From contig JBMFMB010000004.1 of assembly GCA_049970895.1 (NCBI GenBank), positions 1-64,000 of the forward strand: DNA of 64,000 nt, in the 5' to 3' direction. Positions 17,603 through 28,375 of the stretch are shown here, in pieces. Within the stretch, counting starts at the first letter, position 1; each line of letters starts with the position of its first letter. The notes beneath the pieces were generated by a model, which was not told the DNA's origin, made no database searches, and was given only the letters and a program-made list of their open reading frames with translations. Source of the stretch: Candidatus Bathyarchaeia archaeon (GTDB taxonomy: Archaea; Thermoproteota; Bathyarchaeia; Bathyarchaeales; Bathycorpusculaceae). The translations under genes were made by a program, and so were the position numbers.

Positions 17603-19315
17603 ATGAATGAGGTTTCGCGGTGTCAAGGCAAGACATTTAAATTAATTGGTAATACCCTTAATAATGGTGAAGAATTGTCGCAGAAAATTTTGAAAATTTT
17701 AAAGTTAATGCTTCCCTTCTCTGTTCCAGCTGAAAACCGTCCAGAACCATTTTCGGAAGAAATGGAGAAAGCCGTCCTCTTCTGTTTTGCCGAAACGGGA
17801 AGGGAGAAAGGCGGTGGTCTAATATTAAAAAGGGCGGAGGAAAAAACGGTTTTCCTAACAAAGTTTTATTATCCATTTTGGCTTGTACCATGGCAGCAGC
17901 TCAATCTAATCTTTGACGGACTTAAACAAATAGCCTACACAGCAACTTATAAGGCGATACCTGATGCTAAGGAGTTTCTTGAAAATGCAGGGAGGAGTAT
18001 AAGGTCGCTGAAGACTTACACGACTTTCCTCTCAGACAACGTAAACCTTTTTCAAACACTAAGCGGTGAAAAGACCATTTCAATTGAAGGGCTGATCAGC
18101 GACCCTGCCATCCTAAACGAATTCAGCAATTACCTTTCAGAAGCCAAGAAAATGGAGGCTACGCCATCTGAAAGCGTTGCTCTAAGCCCGTTAATCGATG
18201 AAATGGCGGTTTTGTCAGACATTGAAGAGCTTGAAGAGTCGAGGGCCAGCTTTGAGGAGGATGTCCACTTCCTCCAAGAGGGCATAAAACTCCTCAGCAA
18301 GGCTACAAGGGGCTTTACCAGAGAAATTCGCGGAAAAATAAGGGCTGTTAGGAAGGAGTTTGAGGAGGTTATAAGAAAAGAGGAGGAAACCGTGGCGCAG
18401 AAAATTAACCGGATAAGTGAGGATTATGACGAGCAAAGAGTTAGACTCATAAAAAGCTTCGAGAAGCAGCGCTTGCCACTGCAGAAGGAAAAGGTTAAGC
18501 TGGAGAAGATGAAGGAGCAGACGCTTAGAAAAATTGAGAAGTACGATTTGGAGGCAAGGGCATGCGCCGCAAAAAATGATAAGGTGGGAGAAAAAGAATG
18601 GAAGGAGAAAGCCAACGAAGCCAGAAAGGATTTTTCTGAAATTGAAAGAAGACTTGAGGAGATAAATGAGAAAATTGAGGAAGTTGAAAGAAGCGAGTCA
18701 GCCGAAACCTTCAAGCTTAGGATGGAGTGGGAGGCGAAGATCAAAGAGACGAGAAAAAGCCTACTTGAACTGGAATCTTCTAGAGATGCAAAAATCCAGA
18801 TTTACAGGCAGGAAATGGAGAGGCTGGAGGGCTTAACAGCAAACATAATTCAGCAAATAAACAATATCATAAAGCTAAGGGAGTTGAATTTAGCCAACAT
18901 AACAAAATTGGGGATTCAGCAGCGGCACAAACATTTAAGCGTCGTCTATGTTCCATTTCACATGGCTTGTTATGAGGCTGAGATGAAGAAACGTTATGCT
19001 GTTTTTCCGCCGTCAGTAGCAAACAGTATGGGATTTGCTGTAAAGCTGAAAGGCATCCTTGGAAGAGCCAAAATTAAACAGCTTTTAACTCCTAGGTTCA
19101 AGGCTTTAACGGCGCTTCTGGAGAAGCTCCCAGCCTTGATGGAGAAAGATGCAGCCTTTGCGCGGGAAATCCATGAGTTTGGAGAGAAAGCCAACATGCT
19201 TGGTGAAAGTTCTAAACGGAAACCATTGGAGGAAGGCTTGAAGAAGCTGAAGGATGAGGGGTGGCTTTCAGAGAAGGAATTTGAGGCCTTCAGTCAAAGG
19301 CTGAAATCGCCTTAA
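17603..19315 (+). CDS. hypothetical protein with long central coiled coil
   Basis: 570 aa ORF; YYPFW and YVPF flank a K/E-rich coil. Start uncertain. Confidence 0.8.
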   Translation: MNEVSRCQGKTFKLIGNTLNNGEELSQKILKILKLMLPFSVPAENRPEPFSEEMEKAVLFCFAETGREKGGGLILKRAEEKTVFLTKFYYPFWLVPWQQLNLIFDGLKQIAYTATYKAIPDAKEFLENAGRSIRSLKTYTTFLSDNVNLFQTLSGEKTISIEGLISDPAILNEFSNYLSEAKKMEATPSESVALSPLIDEMAVLSDIEELEESRASFEEDVHFLQEGIKLLSKATRGFTREIRGKIRAVRKEFEEVIRKEEETVAQKINRISEDYDEQRVRLIKSFEKQRLPLQKEKVKLEKMKEQTLRKIEKYDLEARACAAKNDKVGEKEWKEKANEARKDFSEIERRLEEINEKIEEVERSESAETFKLRMEWEAKIKETRKSLLELESSRDAKIQIYRQEMERLEGLTANIIQQINNIIKLRELNLANITKLGIQQRHKHLSVVYVPFHMACYEAEMKKRYAVFPPSVANSMGFAVKLKGILGRAKIKQLLTPRFKALTALLEKLPALMEKDAAFAREIHEFGEKANMLGESSKRKPLEEGLKKLKDEGWLSEKEFEAFSQRLKSP

Positions 19316-19319
19316 ACAA

Positions 19320-19853
19320 CTATTTCCTTTCCAGCTCCTTAAACTTGTTCATGGCGTATTCGACGATTTTCATGGCTTCCTTTGCGTTTTTCCACTCCTT
19401 AAACCGGACCCACTTGTGGGGTTCAAGACGCTTGTAGGTTTCGAAAAACTCTTGAATTTCCCTAAGCTTGTGAGGGTGGACGTCGTTGATATCTCTATAA
19501 CCGTCGAATCTTGCGTCGTCGACGAGCACAGACAAGATTTTTGGGTCTTCGCCTTTCTCATCCTCGATTATCAGCGCGCCTATAACCCTAACCTTGACTA
19601 GGCATCCAACCTCTAGGGGCTCGTAGCTTAATGCCATAATGTCCAATGGGTCTTCGTCGTCGAACCATGTCTGGGGAACAAAGCCATACTCAACTGGAAA
19701 AACCACTGAGGACGGTATTATGCGGTCTAAAACAAAGGTTTCCCATTTAATGTTGTATTCGTACTTGTCCCTTGAGCCACTTATAACCTCAATAATCATG
19801 TTTAAAATTTCTGGAGGCTTTTCACCACACGGAATGTCTCGCCAAAGATTCAT
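19320..19853 (-). CDS. ppa: inorganic pyrophosphatase (family I)
   Basis: KYEY, LDR, YGF.P.T, DEDPLD. Confidence 0.97.
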   Translation of the reverse strand: MNLWRDIPCGEKPPEILNMIIEVISGSRDKYEYNIKWETFVLDRIIPSSVVFPVEYGFVPQTWFDDEDPLDIMALSYEPLEVGCLVKVRVIGALIIEDEKGEDPKILSVLVDDARFDGYRDINDVHPHKLREIQEFFETYKRLEPHKWVRFKEWKNAKEAMKIVEYAMNKFKELERK

Positions 19854-19901
19854 GGTTAAACGCCTAGAGCCAAACTGTTCAGCCGACTATTTAGGTTTTC
19901 G

Positions 19902-20813
19902 TCACTCCTCTCTTATTGGGCGCCTCTTAACCTCGAAACCTTCCACACCATATTTCGCATAAAGCTCTTTCCTCAAGGCTTCAAGCATCTCAATTTTTCT
20001 GCCAGAAAACTCTGCGGCCGTCATAACCTTAACGCCGCGTTTTTGGGCTTCCTCATAGACTGGCTTTATCCGCATTTTATAGTTTAAGTCTCGCAGGAAA
20101 TGGTGGTCTAAAACAATTGTGTTGACACTTGTTTCCTCTACGGCTTTGATAAGGTTTATGTTGGATATTTCAAGGCTTTTGAAGGAGTAGCGGTAACCCA
20201 ACATATACGTCATTGGACCATCAACGAAGAGTATGTCGGGCTTCTCGTTTAATATGAAGGCTATCTGGTCATCAAGTGATGGTCCCTCAACGTCTGATGT
20301 GTGGAGGAACTTTTCTCCTCCGCTTTTTATGCATGTTTCTATTACATATCCAAGTCTGGGGTTTGTTCCGTGGCAGACAGCCTTGGAAAATGTTATGGTG
20401 GTTTCGCCAAACGCGAAGCTTTTTCCATCGGCAACCTCTAGCCTTTTCGGCAAGCCTTTCATGGCAGCTAAGAGGTAGGCGGCTCTGTCCCTTTGGCTTC
20501 TGTTTATGTTCTCTGTTGGATGCTTTATGAAAACCGTTTTTCCGCGGTAGAGCTCTGGATAGTCCGGGTCATGATGGTCGTAATGATAATGCGTCACGAC
20601 AAGCACATCGGACTCTTCCGCATACTCCTTAATAATGTTCCATGTTTCGTCTAGCCGCTGCCACTCTAAGGGGTGAGGCTCTAAGCCATAGCGTAGGGGC
20701 GCCAGTGAAACGCCGGGGTCTATTAGGATTTTCTGGTCGTCTGTTTCCACGAAAGTAGCCATCGAACGAACTCCAAAACTGTCAAAGCCTAGTGGCAATA
20801 TTCGCCTAATCAT
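19902..20813 (-). CDS. MBL-fold hydrolase (UPF0282)
   Basis: GVRSMAT, THYHYDH, DHHFLRD. Confidence 0.9.
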   Translation of the reverse strand: MIRRILPLGFDSFGVRSMATFVETDDQKILIDPGVSLAPLRYGLEPHPLEWQRLDETWNIIKEYAEESDVLVVTHYHYDHHDPDYPELYRGKTVFIKHPTENINRSQRDRAAYLLAAMKGLPKRLEVADGKSFAFGETTITFSKAVCHGTNPRLGYVIETCIKSGGEKFLHTSDVEGPSLDDQIAFILNEKPDILFVDGPMTYMLGYRYSFKSLEISNINLIKAVEETSVNTIVLDHHFLRDLNYKMRIKPVYEEAQKRGVKVMTAAEFSGRKIEMLEALRKELYAKYGVEGFEVKRRPIREE

Positions 20814-21615
20814 CGGATTGTTCCTCCTTGAAGAAGGCTTCAAGCCTTTTTGTTTCAGCCCTTTTCAGGATTTCCGCACATTTTTTAGGGTCTAAAGCCT
20901 TAAACTCCAAACCAAGGGTTTCAAGGAGCCTTTGCACGTCTTTGGCTATGTTTGGCGCCACTAGGATGCCGCGAACTTCGCGGTTTGTTCTGCTTTTAAC
21001 AGCTTCTATATATTTTGCTAATTGCAAAACAGCCTCCCTCCCAGCAGTTTTGCGTTTAATCTCAACCACAACAAAGCGTCCATCCTTGTCCTCGCCGTAA
21101 ACATCCACGAATCCTGGTTCCACCTTCTTTTCGTAACTTATAGGCTTGAAACCCTCCTCTAAAAGGGATGGCTCTAAAAGTATGGCTTTGTGCATGTCCT
21201 CTTCGCTGGCGTAAAGTGAAAATTCCCCAGAATCTGCAAGTGCCATGGCTGAAATTAGATGAATCTTGTCAAAGAAGACCCTTATGGATTCTGATGGTTT
21301 TCGCCTCAAGGCGTGAATCTCCAATATTCCCTCTTTAACTTGTGTGTGGAATATGCAGCCTGGCGGTTGCCAGTTTATCGGGTCATAGCCCACTGAGCGG
21401 TGCACGAGCATTGAACCGTCCTCTTTTATGATTAGTATGCGTTCGCCTGGTTCAAGCTTTGACTTCGCTCTGCCAGTGTAATGCACCCAGCAATTGCCAA
21501 CAATGATGAGGGTTTTTCTTTGGGATAAAGCCTCCCTAACTACTTCACCAGCCTCACCTATGTTTGGGCTTACAAGAACCGTGGGTCGCCTCGAAGCGGA
21601 CAAGTTTTCAGCCAA
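20806..21615 (-). CDS. nucS: mismatch endonuclease NucS/EndoMS
   Basis: Y.GRA.S, P.NWQPPG, VD...VEIKR, QLAKY. Confidence 0.96.
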   Translation of the reverse strand: MAENLSASRRPTVLVSPNIGEAGEVVREALSQRKTLIIVGNCWVHYTGRAKSKLEPGERILIIKEDGSMLVHRSVGYDPINWQPPGCIFHTQVKEGILEIHALRRKPSESIRVFFDKIHLISAMALADSGEFSLYASEEDMHKAILLEPSLLEEGFKPISYEKKVEPGFVDVYGEDKDGRFVVVEIKRKTAGREAVLQLAKYIEAVKSRTNREVRGILVAPNIAKDVQRLLETLGLEFKALDPKKCAEILKRAETKRLEAFFKEEQSDD

Positions 21616-21662
21616 ACAGTTTTAGAACCTTTTATGCTAGATAAAATTTCTGAAGACCGTTT

Positions 21663-22232
21663 ATGAGTGAGTGGGAGCTTAAACGTGACAACATGCAGCA
21701 TTATGACATAACAGCGAAAAGCTATGACATGCAGTATGCTGAAGAGCAGAGAGTAAAAATTGAAACTTCCTTGAAAAAAGTAGAATTTAATGAAAATGGC
21801 TTGATTTTGGACTGTGGCTGTGGAACTGGACTGCTTTTTGAGTATGTCGCCAAAAAAGCCGACATGGTGGTTGGGCTGGACTTCTCAAGGGGAATTTTGG
21901 CGGAGGCTAAAAGGCGGGCGGAAGCCTTTGGCAGTATAAGTTTAGTTTTGGCTGATGCTGATTATCCGCCCTTTAGGGATTCTGCCTTCAGCCATGTTTT
22001 CGCTGTAACTTTGCTTCAGAACATGCCGAATCCAGAGAAAACTTTGGCGGAAATCTGTAGAGTTGCGAAAGAAAACGCCTACATTATTGTTACTGGTTTA
22101 AAGAAGAAGTTTTCTTTGGACGGTTTTGAGGGTTTATTGCGTAAATCTGGTTTAAACTTAATTGAAATTTTAAACGACAGCGAGCTTTTGAAGTGTTATG
22201 TGGCTATTTGCAAAAAGCCTAGTCATCGTTAA
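21663..22232 (+). CDS. class I SAM-dependent methyltransferase
   Basis: LDCGCGTG, GLDFS motif. Confidence 0.92.
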   Translation: MSEWELKRDNMQHYDITAKSYDMQYAEEQRVKIETSLKKVEFNENGLILDCGCGTGLLFEYVAKKADMVVGLDFSRGILAEAKRRAEAFGSISLVLADADYPPFRDSAFSHVFAVTLLQNMPNPEKTLAEICRVAKENAYIIVTGLKKKFSLDGFEGLLRKSGLNLIEILNDSELLKCYVAICKKPSHR

Positions 22233-22335
22233 ATTTTGCCACCGCATAACCTAAACTATATATGAAAGTGGAAGGTTAGAGCTATACTCTTACATGGTTC
22301 ACATGGTAAAAATTTGGACTTGGTGCGGTTGACTG

Positions 22336-23268
22336 ATGCCCCTTAAAACGTTTAAGAGGGAAACCCAGGATGCATTAACTCTTGAATGGGTTTTGCATGT
22401 AAAGAATTATAGGCTAACGTTAGATAGGCGAATCTGCGTAGGATGTGAAATCTGCACTCTCGCATGCCCAAAGGAAGCTATAAAACTTGAAAAACAGCCA
22501 AAAACTTCAGAGGGCAAAGCGCAGCATGCAAAAGTTGACATAGCCCTTGAAAAGTGCAACTTCTGCGGAATATGCGACATCCTATGCCCATACGGCGCCA
22601 TCAAGGTTACAGTTAACGGAGAACATGTCCTAAACGTTGTTGAGAAGGAAAGCTTTCCACAACTTGTCCGCGACATCCAAGTTGACACAAGCAAATGCCC
22701 AATAGACTGCGTAGAATGTGAGAAGGCTTGCCCCCTAAATCTGATCAAGGTGAGGTGGCTTACCCCAAAAGGAAATGTTGTTGAAGATATAAGCTCCATA
22801 ACAAAGAAAGAGCGAAAAAATTTGAAGGTCGACGTTGAAATAGAGAAGGAATTTTGCCCATGCTGTAGAATATGCGAGTTCAAATGTCCAGAAGGAGTTC
22901 TCCACGTCCGCAAAACCTTCTATGGGAAAATACGCATAAATCAGGAAAAATGCCCCGAAGGCTGTAGAGACTGTCTTGACGTTTGCCCAATAACTGGGGC
23001 GCTTTACTTTTCTGAGGCTGATAAGAAGGTTTACGTGAATGAGGCTTTCTGCGTTTACTGTGGAGCCTGCAAGGTTGCCTGTCCAGTGGCGGAGGCTTTA
23101 GAACTTAAAAGAACTAAGATAATGCATACTCCTGTTCGCTCTGGGGCTTGGAACAAAGCCTTGGAAAGGTTGGCTTCACCCCTTGAAATTACTAAGGAGT
23201 TGAAGGCTAAGGGTTCTCAGAAGGCTTTGGAATCCGTTGAGAAAAGGCTGGGTTGGAAGGTGCCGTAA
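22336..23268 (+). CDS. polyferredoxin (six 4Fe-4S motifs)
   Basis: Repeated CxxCxxCxxxCP-type motifs. Confidence 0.92.
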   Translation: MPLKTFKRETQDALTLEWVLHVKNYRLTLDRRICVGCEICTLACPKEAIKLEKQPKTSEGKAQHAKVDIALEKCNFCGICDILCPYGAIKVTVNGEHVLNVVEKESFPQLVRDIQVDTSKCPIDCVECEKACPLNLIKVRWLTPKGNVVEDISSITKKERKNLKVDVEIEKEFCPCCRICEFKCPEGVLHVRKTFYGKIRINQEKCPEGCRDCLDVCPITGALYFSEADKKVYVNEAFCVYCGACKVACPVAEALELKRTKIMHTPVRSGAWNKALERLASPLEITKELKAKGSQKALESVEKRLGWKVP

Positions 23269-23270
23269 AA

Positions 23271-25727
23271 ATGGTTGAGAAGGAGAAATTGGCTGGAAGT
23301 AAGCCTGAAGGGCTTCGAATAGGCGTTTTCATATGCCACTGCGGTTTGAACATTGCTGGAGTCCTTGACATAAAGGAGCTTGTTGAGTTTGCAAAAACCT
23401 TGCCAGACGTGGTTTATGTTAAGGACAACCGCTACACATGCGCAGACCCGGGACAAGAGGAGATTAGGAAAGCCATAAAGGAGCATAGGCTCAACCGTGT
23501 TGTTGTAGCTGCATGTTCGCCCCGCATGCACGAGGTCACTTTTAGGCGGACGGTTTCTGAGGTTGGCTTAAACCCATACTTGTTTGAGATGGCAAATATC
23601 CGCGAGTTCTCATCATGGTGTCATCCAAGCACTCCTAAAGAGGCAACTGAAAAGGCTAAAGACTTGATAAAGATGGCTGTAGCTAAGGCTAGGCTTTTGA
23701 TGCCTCTCCAAACTATCGAGGTTCCAGTAACCAACAAGGCTTTGGTTATTGGCGGAGGCATAGCAGGAATGAATGCAGCCCTAGACTTGGCTGAGATGGG
23801 TTTCAAGGTTTACCTTTTGGAAAAGGGCGAGAGCATTGGTGGGCACATGGCACAGTTGGACAAGACGTTTCCAACGTTGGACTGTTCCATATGTATTGAA
23901 GGACCTAAAATGGTTGATGTTGGGCGGCATCCAAATATTGAGATAATCTCCTATGCCGACTTGCTGAGTGTTAGCGGTTTTATAGGCAACTTTAAAGTTA
24001 GGATAAGGAAGAACCCCCGCTATGTTATTGCTGAAAACTGCACTGGTTGTGGCGAATGTAAAGATGTTTGCCCAATAGAGTATCCAAACGAGTGGGATAT
24101 GGGGCTTGGCGTTAGAAAAGCTATTTCAGTGCCCTTTGACCAAGCTGTCCCGCTGGTTTATACGATTAACCGTGATTATTGTATAGAATGCTACAAGTGT
24201 GTTGACGCTTGCGGTGCTAGACAAGCCATAAACTTCGACCAGAAGCCAGAGGAGGTTGAGCTTGAGGTTGGCGCAATTATTGTGGCTACTGGCTATGATA
24301 TTTACTTGCCCTATGACAACCAGCTTTATGGTTATGGCAAATACTCAAACGTGATAACATCCCTAGAGTTTGAGAGGCTTATCCTTGCGGCTGGTCCAAC
24401 GGGCGGAAAAGTGGTGCGGGCTTCTGATGGACAGAAACCCCACAGTGTAGCCTTCATCCAATGTGTTGGCTCTAGGGATACTAACAAGTACCCGTACTGT
24501 TCGAATTTCTGCTGCATGTATACTCTTAAGCATGTTGTCCAGCTCAAGGAGAAGTATAAGGAGGACATTGAAGTATACGTTTTCTACATGGACATGCGAA
24601 CTAACTTTAAAGGCTTTGAAGAGTTTTACCAGCGGGCACGCGAACTTGGCGTAAACTTCATCCGCGGAAGGGTGAGCCGCATATTCGAGGACCCGAAAAC
24701 CAAGAACCTCATTATTCACGCCGAAGATGCAAACTTGGGAATGCCCATAGAAGTTAAGGCTGAAATGGTTGTTTTGGCAACGGCAGTCATCCCAAAGAAG
24801 GGCAGTGAGGAAATAGCCAGAATCCTAAACCTAACAAGGGGTGCAGACGGCTTCTTCATGGAGAGCCACCCGAAGCTTAAGCCCTTAGACGCACCCACAG
24901 ACGGCATATTCTTGGCTGGGGCTTGCCAAGGACCAAAGGACATCCCATATAGCGTTTCTCAAGGGTGCGGTGCAGCGGCACGCGCGGCAACAGTGCTCTC
25001 AAAGAAGACTTGGAAGATTGAGCCCATAATCGCCGTTGTAGACCCAGCTAGGTGCAGAAATGTCACGACGAAATGTGGGATTTGTGCTGAACGATGCCCA
25101 TACGGAGCGATAAAAATCGAGGAGAAGAAGCCAGCCCAAGTCATAACAGCCATGTGCCACGGTTGCGGAACATGCGCCGCCGAATGCCCAGCAGACGCCA
25201 TACAACAGATGCACTTCACAGACGCCCAAATACTGGCACAGCTAAGAACCGCCTTAGAAAAAGACCCGGAAGACAAGATTTTGGCTTTCCTGTGCAACTG
25301 GTGCAGCTATGCTGGTGCAGACCTCGCTGGGACAAGCCGCTTTGAGTATCCTCCGACAATACGCCCAATAAGGGTCATGTGCTCCGGAAGGGTTGACAGA
25401 GACTTTGTTCTTGAAGCCTTTAGGCTTGGGGCTGGAATGGTTTTGGTGGCAGCATGCCACCTGCCCTACGACTGCCACTATATTAGCGGAAACTGGAAGA
25501 TGAAAGCCAGAATGGACGCCTTAGCGCCTATGCTCCACAAGCTAGGTTTGAGCCCAGAAAGATTCCGAGTGGAATTCATTTCGGCGGCTGAGGGTGTAAA
25601 ATTTGCAGAGCTTATTCGCGAGATGACCGAGCAGATGAAAGCATTGGGCAAGGAGCGCATAAAGGCGGAAAATGAGAAGCTGCGCCCAATATTGGAGAAT
25701 ATGCTGAAGAGGAAAGAGAAGAAATAG
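23271..25727 (+). CDS. hdrA: HdrA-MvhD fusion flavoprotein
   Basis: CHCG.NI, ACSP, GGGIAG, LDKTFPTLDC, QCVGSR, GACQGPKDI, then MvhD CNWCSYAGAD/MCSGR/DCHY. Confidence 0.96.
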   Translation: MVEKEKLAGSKPEGLRIGVFICHCGLNIAGVLDIKELVEFAKTLPDVVYVKDNRYTCADPGQEEIRKAIKEHRLNRVVVAACSPRMHEVTFRRTVSEVGLNPYLFEMANIREFSSWCHPSTPKEATEKAKDLIKMAVAKARLLMPLQTIEVPVTNKALVIGGGIAGMNAALDLAEMGFKVYLLEKGESIGGHMAQLDKTFPTLDCSICIEGPKMVDVGRHPNIEIISYADLLSVSGFIGNFKVRIRKNPRYVIAENCTGCGECKDVCPIEYPNEWDMGLGVRKAISVPFDQAVPLVYTINRDYCIECYKCVDACGARQAINFDQKPEEVELEVGAIIVATGYDIYLPYDNQLYGYGKYSNVITSLEFERLILAAGPTGGKVVRASDGQKPHSVAFIQCVGSRDTNKYPYCSNFCCMYTLKHVVQLKEKYKEDIEVYVFYMDMRTNFKGFEEFYQRARELGVNFIRGRVSRIFEDPKTKNLIIHAEDANLGMPIEVKAEMVVLATAVIPKKGSEEIARILNLTRGADGFFMESHPKLKPLDAPTDGIFLAGACQGPKDIPYSVSQGCGAAARAATVLSKKTWKIEPIIAVVDPARCRNVTTKCGICAERCPYGAIKIEEKKPAQVITAMCHGCGTCAAECPADAIQQMHFTDAQILAQLRTALEKDPEDKILAFLCNWCSYAGADLAGTSRFEYPPTIRPIRVMCSGRVDRDFVLEAFRLGAGMVLVAACHLPYDCHYISGNWKMKARMDALAPMLHKLGLSPERFRVEFISAAEGVKFAELIREMTEQMKALGKERIKAENEKLRPILENMLKRKEKK

Positions 25728-25763
25728 GCTTCTAAACTTTAATAATGCTGCAAGGGGAACTGT

Positions 25764-26490
25764 TTGCGGGTTAGGCTGTAATCTTCGACCTATTTGACAC
25801 GCTCCTCCTAGTTGAGGGCGGCGAAGCCGTCTACATGCCATGTCTCCAAAAGCTCCACAAATTTTTAACAGAAAATGGCGGTGTTGATGTTCCCTTTGGA
25901 GATTTTAGGAAAGTCTATTTTGAGGTTAGGGACACACTCTACGCGGAGGATGACAAGAATCTTGAGGAGCCCACTTTAATATTCGCGTTTGGAAAACCCT
26001 CCAGAGACTAGGCTACAATTATGGCCTTCCAGACACTATCATAGCCGGAGCCACTGAATGTTTCGCCGAAGGGTTGATGAACTATGTCAGACCAGATGAA
26101 GACGCAAGCGTTTTGCAGTGCTTTACGGCAAGTATAAGCTTGGCATAGTCTCCAACTCGCCATCCCAGAATGCGTCTGGGCCTACTCGAAAAATACAACT
26201 TGAGAAGATTCTTCGATGCTGTTGTTTCCGCCGAGGTTAACAGGCGTAAACCAAGCCCAGAGATATTTCAAAAGGCACTAAAAAGCCTAAATGTTGCGTC
26301 GTTGAGGGCATTTTTGTTGATAACACGCCGAGCATGAATATTAAAGGCGCCAAAAATGTTGGTATGAAAGCCATATCAATCCTTCGAAGAACGTCGGCAA
26401 CAGACATTCGAAGCCGTCCAGTACAACCGTCAAACCAGGCGCCGTGGTAAAAAGCCTAAAAGAGCTGCCGAAGATAATTGGTGATTGCTG
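25764..26490 (+). pseudogene. HAD-family hydrolase remnant
   Basis: AVIFDLFDTL, KLGIVSN, KPSPEIFQKAL and IKGAKNVGMK are spread over several frames. Confidence 0.85.
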
Positions 26491-26693
26491 ACCCGAAAGA
26501 TTTCTGGCGAATTCTCCAGCAAAACCCCCTTTTTCCGTCCCTTAAGGGCGAAAGCAAACCCTTCTACGTTCAGTTAAACATTAACTATTGAAAATATAAT
26601 TAGGGCCTGAATTATGTCTTGATAGGAGCAGTTTTAGGTAGGCTTTTCTGATGATGGGAAAATGTGTTCATAAAAATGGTGGGTTTGTTATGT

Positions 26694-27395
26694 TTATTCT
26701 CCGTATCTTGCTTGTAGTCCGAGGATGTCGCCTAATCCAAGTGTTCTTTTGTATGTTTCTCCATAGCTTGCGTAGCCATACATTGTCAGCCAGTAATCCT
26801 TGTCTTCGTATAGGTCGTCTAAGCCGCTCCAGTGTCCAAACTCATGGGTCATGATGTTTTGGACGTCCATCTTGTTTGCTTCACCTGTCAAACTCCATGT
26901 AAACCACGTGTTCATCCGCGTGTCTGTCTCAATTATGGTGTCGCCTGAATACCATATGTAAGTGACGGCTATAACGTTTGGATTTGAATATAGGCCCCAA
27001 GCAACAACGTTGTATCCGTCTCTAACTCCGGCCGTTTTGCGTGTTGTGCCCTGGAAAACGAAAAGCTCAAAGGTTGTGTTGGCATCCCAAGTTTCCGCAG
27101 CCGTTGTAATGGTTGCTATGACGGCTGATTCTGAAAAGCCATACTTGTTCTTGGGGTTTATCCAATATTTTATGGTGGTGTGCCACCAGAACGGCAGCAG
27201 TTTATAGTCGGGGTTTGTCATCGAATCGTCCTCAGACGGTATAGAATATAGAATAATGCGCCCACGTCCTCGTCTATACCACTCAACAACCATCAAGTGC
27301 ACTTGCTCCCCATAGGCAAAAGCGTAGAGCGATAACGACGAAAATAGAGATAACAGAACCATGCACATTAACATCGCATACAGAATTCTTTCCAT
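26694..27395 (-). CDS. secreted matrixin-like metzincin protease
   Basis: Signal peptide, HEFGHWSGLDD, Met-turn LTMY, terminal DILGLQARYG. Confidence 0.88.
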   Translation of the reverse strand: MERILYAMLMCMVLLSLFSSLSLYAFAYGEQVHLMVVEWYRRGRGRIILYSIPSEDDSMTNPDYKLLPFWWHTTIKYWINPKNKYGFSESAVIATITTAAETWDANTTFELFVFQGTTRKTAGVRDGYNVVAWGLYSNPNVIAVTYIWYSGDTIIETDTRMNTWFTWSLTGEANKMDVQNIMTHEFGHWSGLDDLYEDKDYWLTMYGYASYGETYKRTLGLGDILGLQARYGE

Positions 27396-27554
27396 AATTC
27401 ATCCTCTTACATTAAATAATTGCTATTTGAACTATTAATGTTTTACTAAACTGTTAAAAGGTTAGCGTTGACAATTTCTATTAAGTTCTAGGTTTAACCA
27501 TTTTACGTTTTGCGTGTAGTCTTGGCTAAAGCCAAATTAATTTCGAAGCGAGCA

Positions 27555-27743
27555 TAGAAAGCGCCAAACTTTCGGCAGCCTCTTATCAGCACCTTTCCAT
27601 CTCCACATTCAAGTCTGCGGAAATTTCGTCGGACTTAAACTTCAACAATTTTCAATGCAGCGTCGATTACGGAAAGCGGACTTTGTAGATGCGAAACTCT
27701 GCGAGCCTTTTAATTATTGCTTGTCCTATTCACGGCTCATCAT
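27555..27743 (-). pseudogene. SAM-methyltransferase N-terminal remnant
   Basis: PLSVIDAALKIVEV / ECGDGKVLIR / FGA fragments in shifting frames resemble DLGCGDGRIVI.AA..FG. Confidence 0.55.
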
Positions 27744-27838
27744 TCTAAATATTTAATGGCGAATAAGCATAATGGTTTTTCCATCAGCTTGATTAAGCTT
27801 TTAAACGGAATTTTCTTAATGGGTCTAGGTGATTATTT

Positions 27839-28288
27839 ATGTCTGAGGAGCTCGATGTCGCCTACTTGGAATCCGAGCTAAAGGGAAAGACACTTTTGGT
27901 TTACTGGTATTTGCTTCAACAATCAACACGCACCGTCGGCGTTCGAGAAGTTCAACGTGCATTGGGATTTTCAAGTCCAAGCATTGCGGTGCATCACCTT
28001 GAGAAACTTCAAGAATTGGGGCTTGTGAAGAAGAAGGGCACGGGCGAATATGTGCTTAAGGAAGAAGTTAAGGTTGGAATTTTACGTTTCTTCACACGTA
28101 TGGGCCGCTTTTTAGTTCCGCGTTACCTTTTCTATTCGGTTTTATTTCTTACAATGCTGACCGCCTACATCGCCCTATGCATTGTAAACCAGCTGGCTCC
28201 AAACTTGTACGTTTTGATTTTTGGCTTAGCTGCAAACGTAATTTTATGGTTTGAGACTTATAGGTTGTGGAGGGCAAAACCCCTATGA
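27839..28288 (+). CDS. membrane-tethered winged-HTH regulator
   Basis: GVREVQRALGFSSPS.A.HHLEKL HTH plus two C-terminal TM helices. Confidence 0.88.
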   Translation: MSEELDVAYLESELKGKTLLVYWYLLQQSTRTVGVREVQRALGFSSPSIAVHHLEKLQELGLVKKKGTGEYVLKEEVKVGILRFFTRMGRFLVPRYLFYSVLFLTMLTAYIALCIVNQLAPNLYVLIFGLAANVILWFETYRLWRAKPL

Positions 28289-28375
28289 AAGAGCAGTGGC
28301 GATGTTACAGTGTTCTGTTCTAAAGTGTAGAATTAAAAGGGCAGTTGCGCCTTTAACTTTACAGAGGCAGACAAA

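Noticed and set aside
23271-25727. Selenocysteine in HdrA/MvhD
   Set aside because: No in-frame TGA; Cys at the relevant positions.
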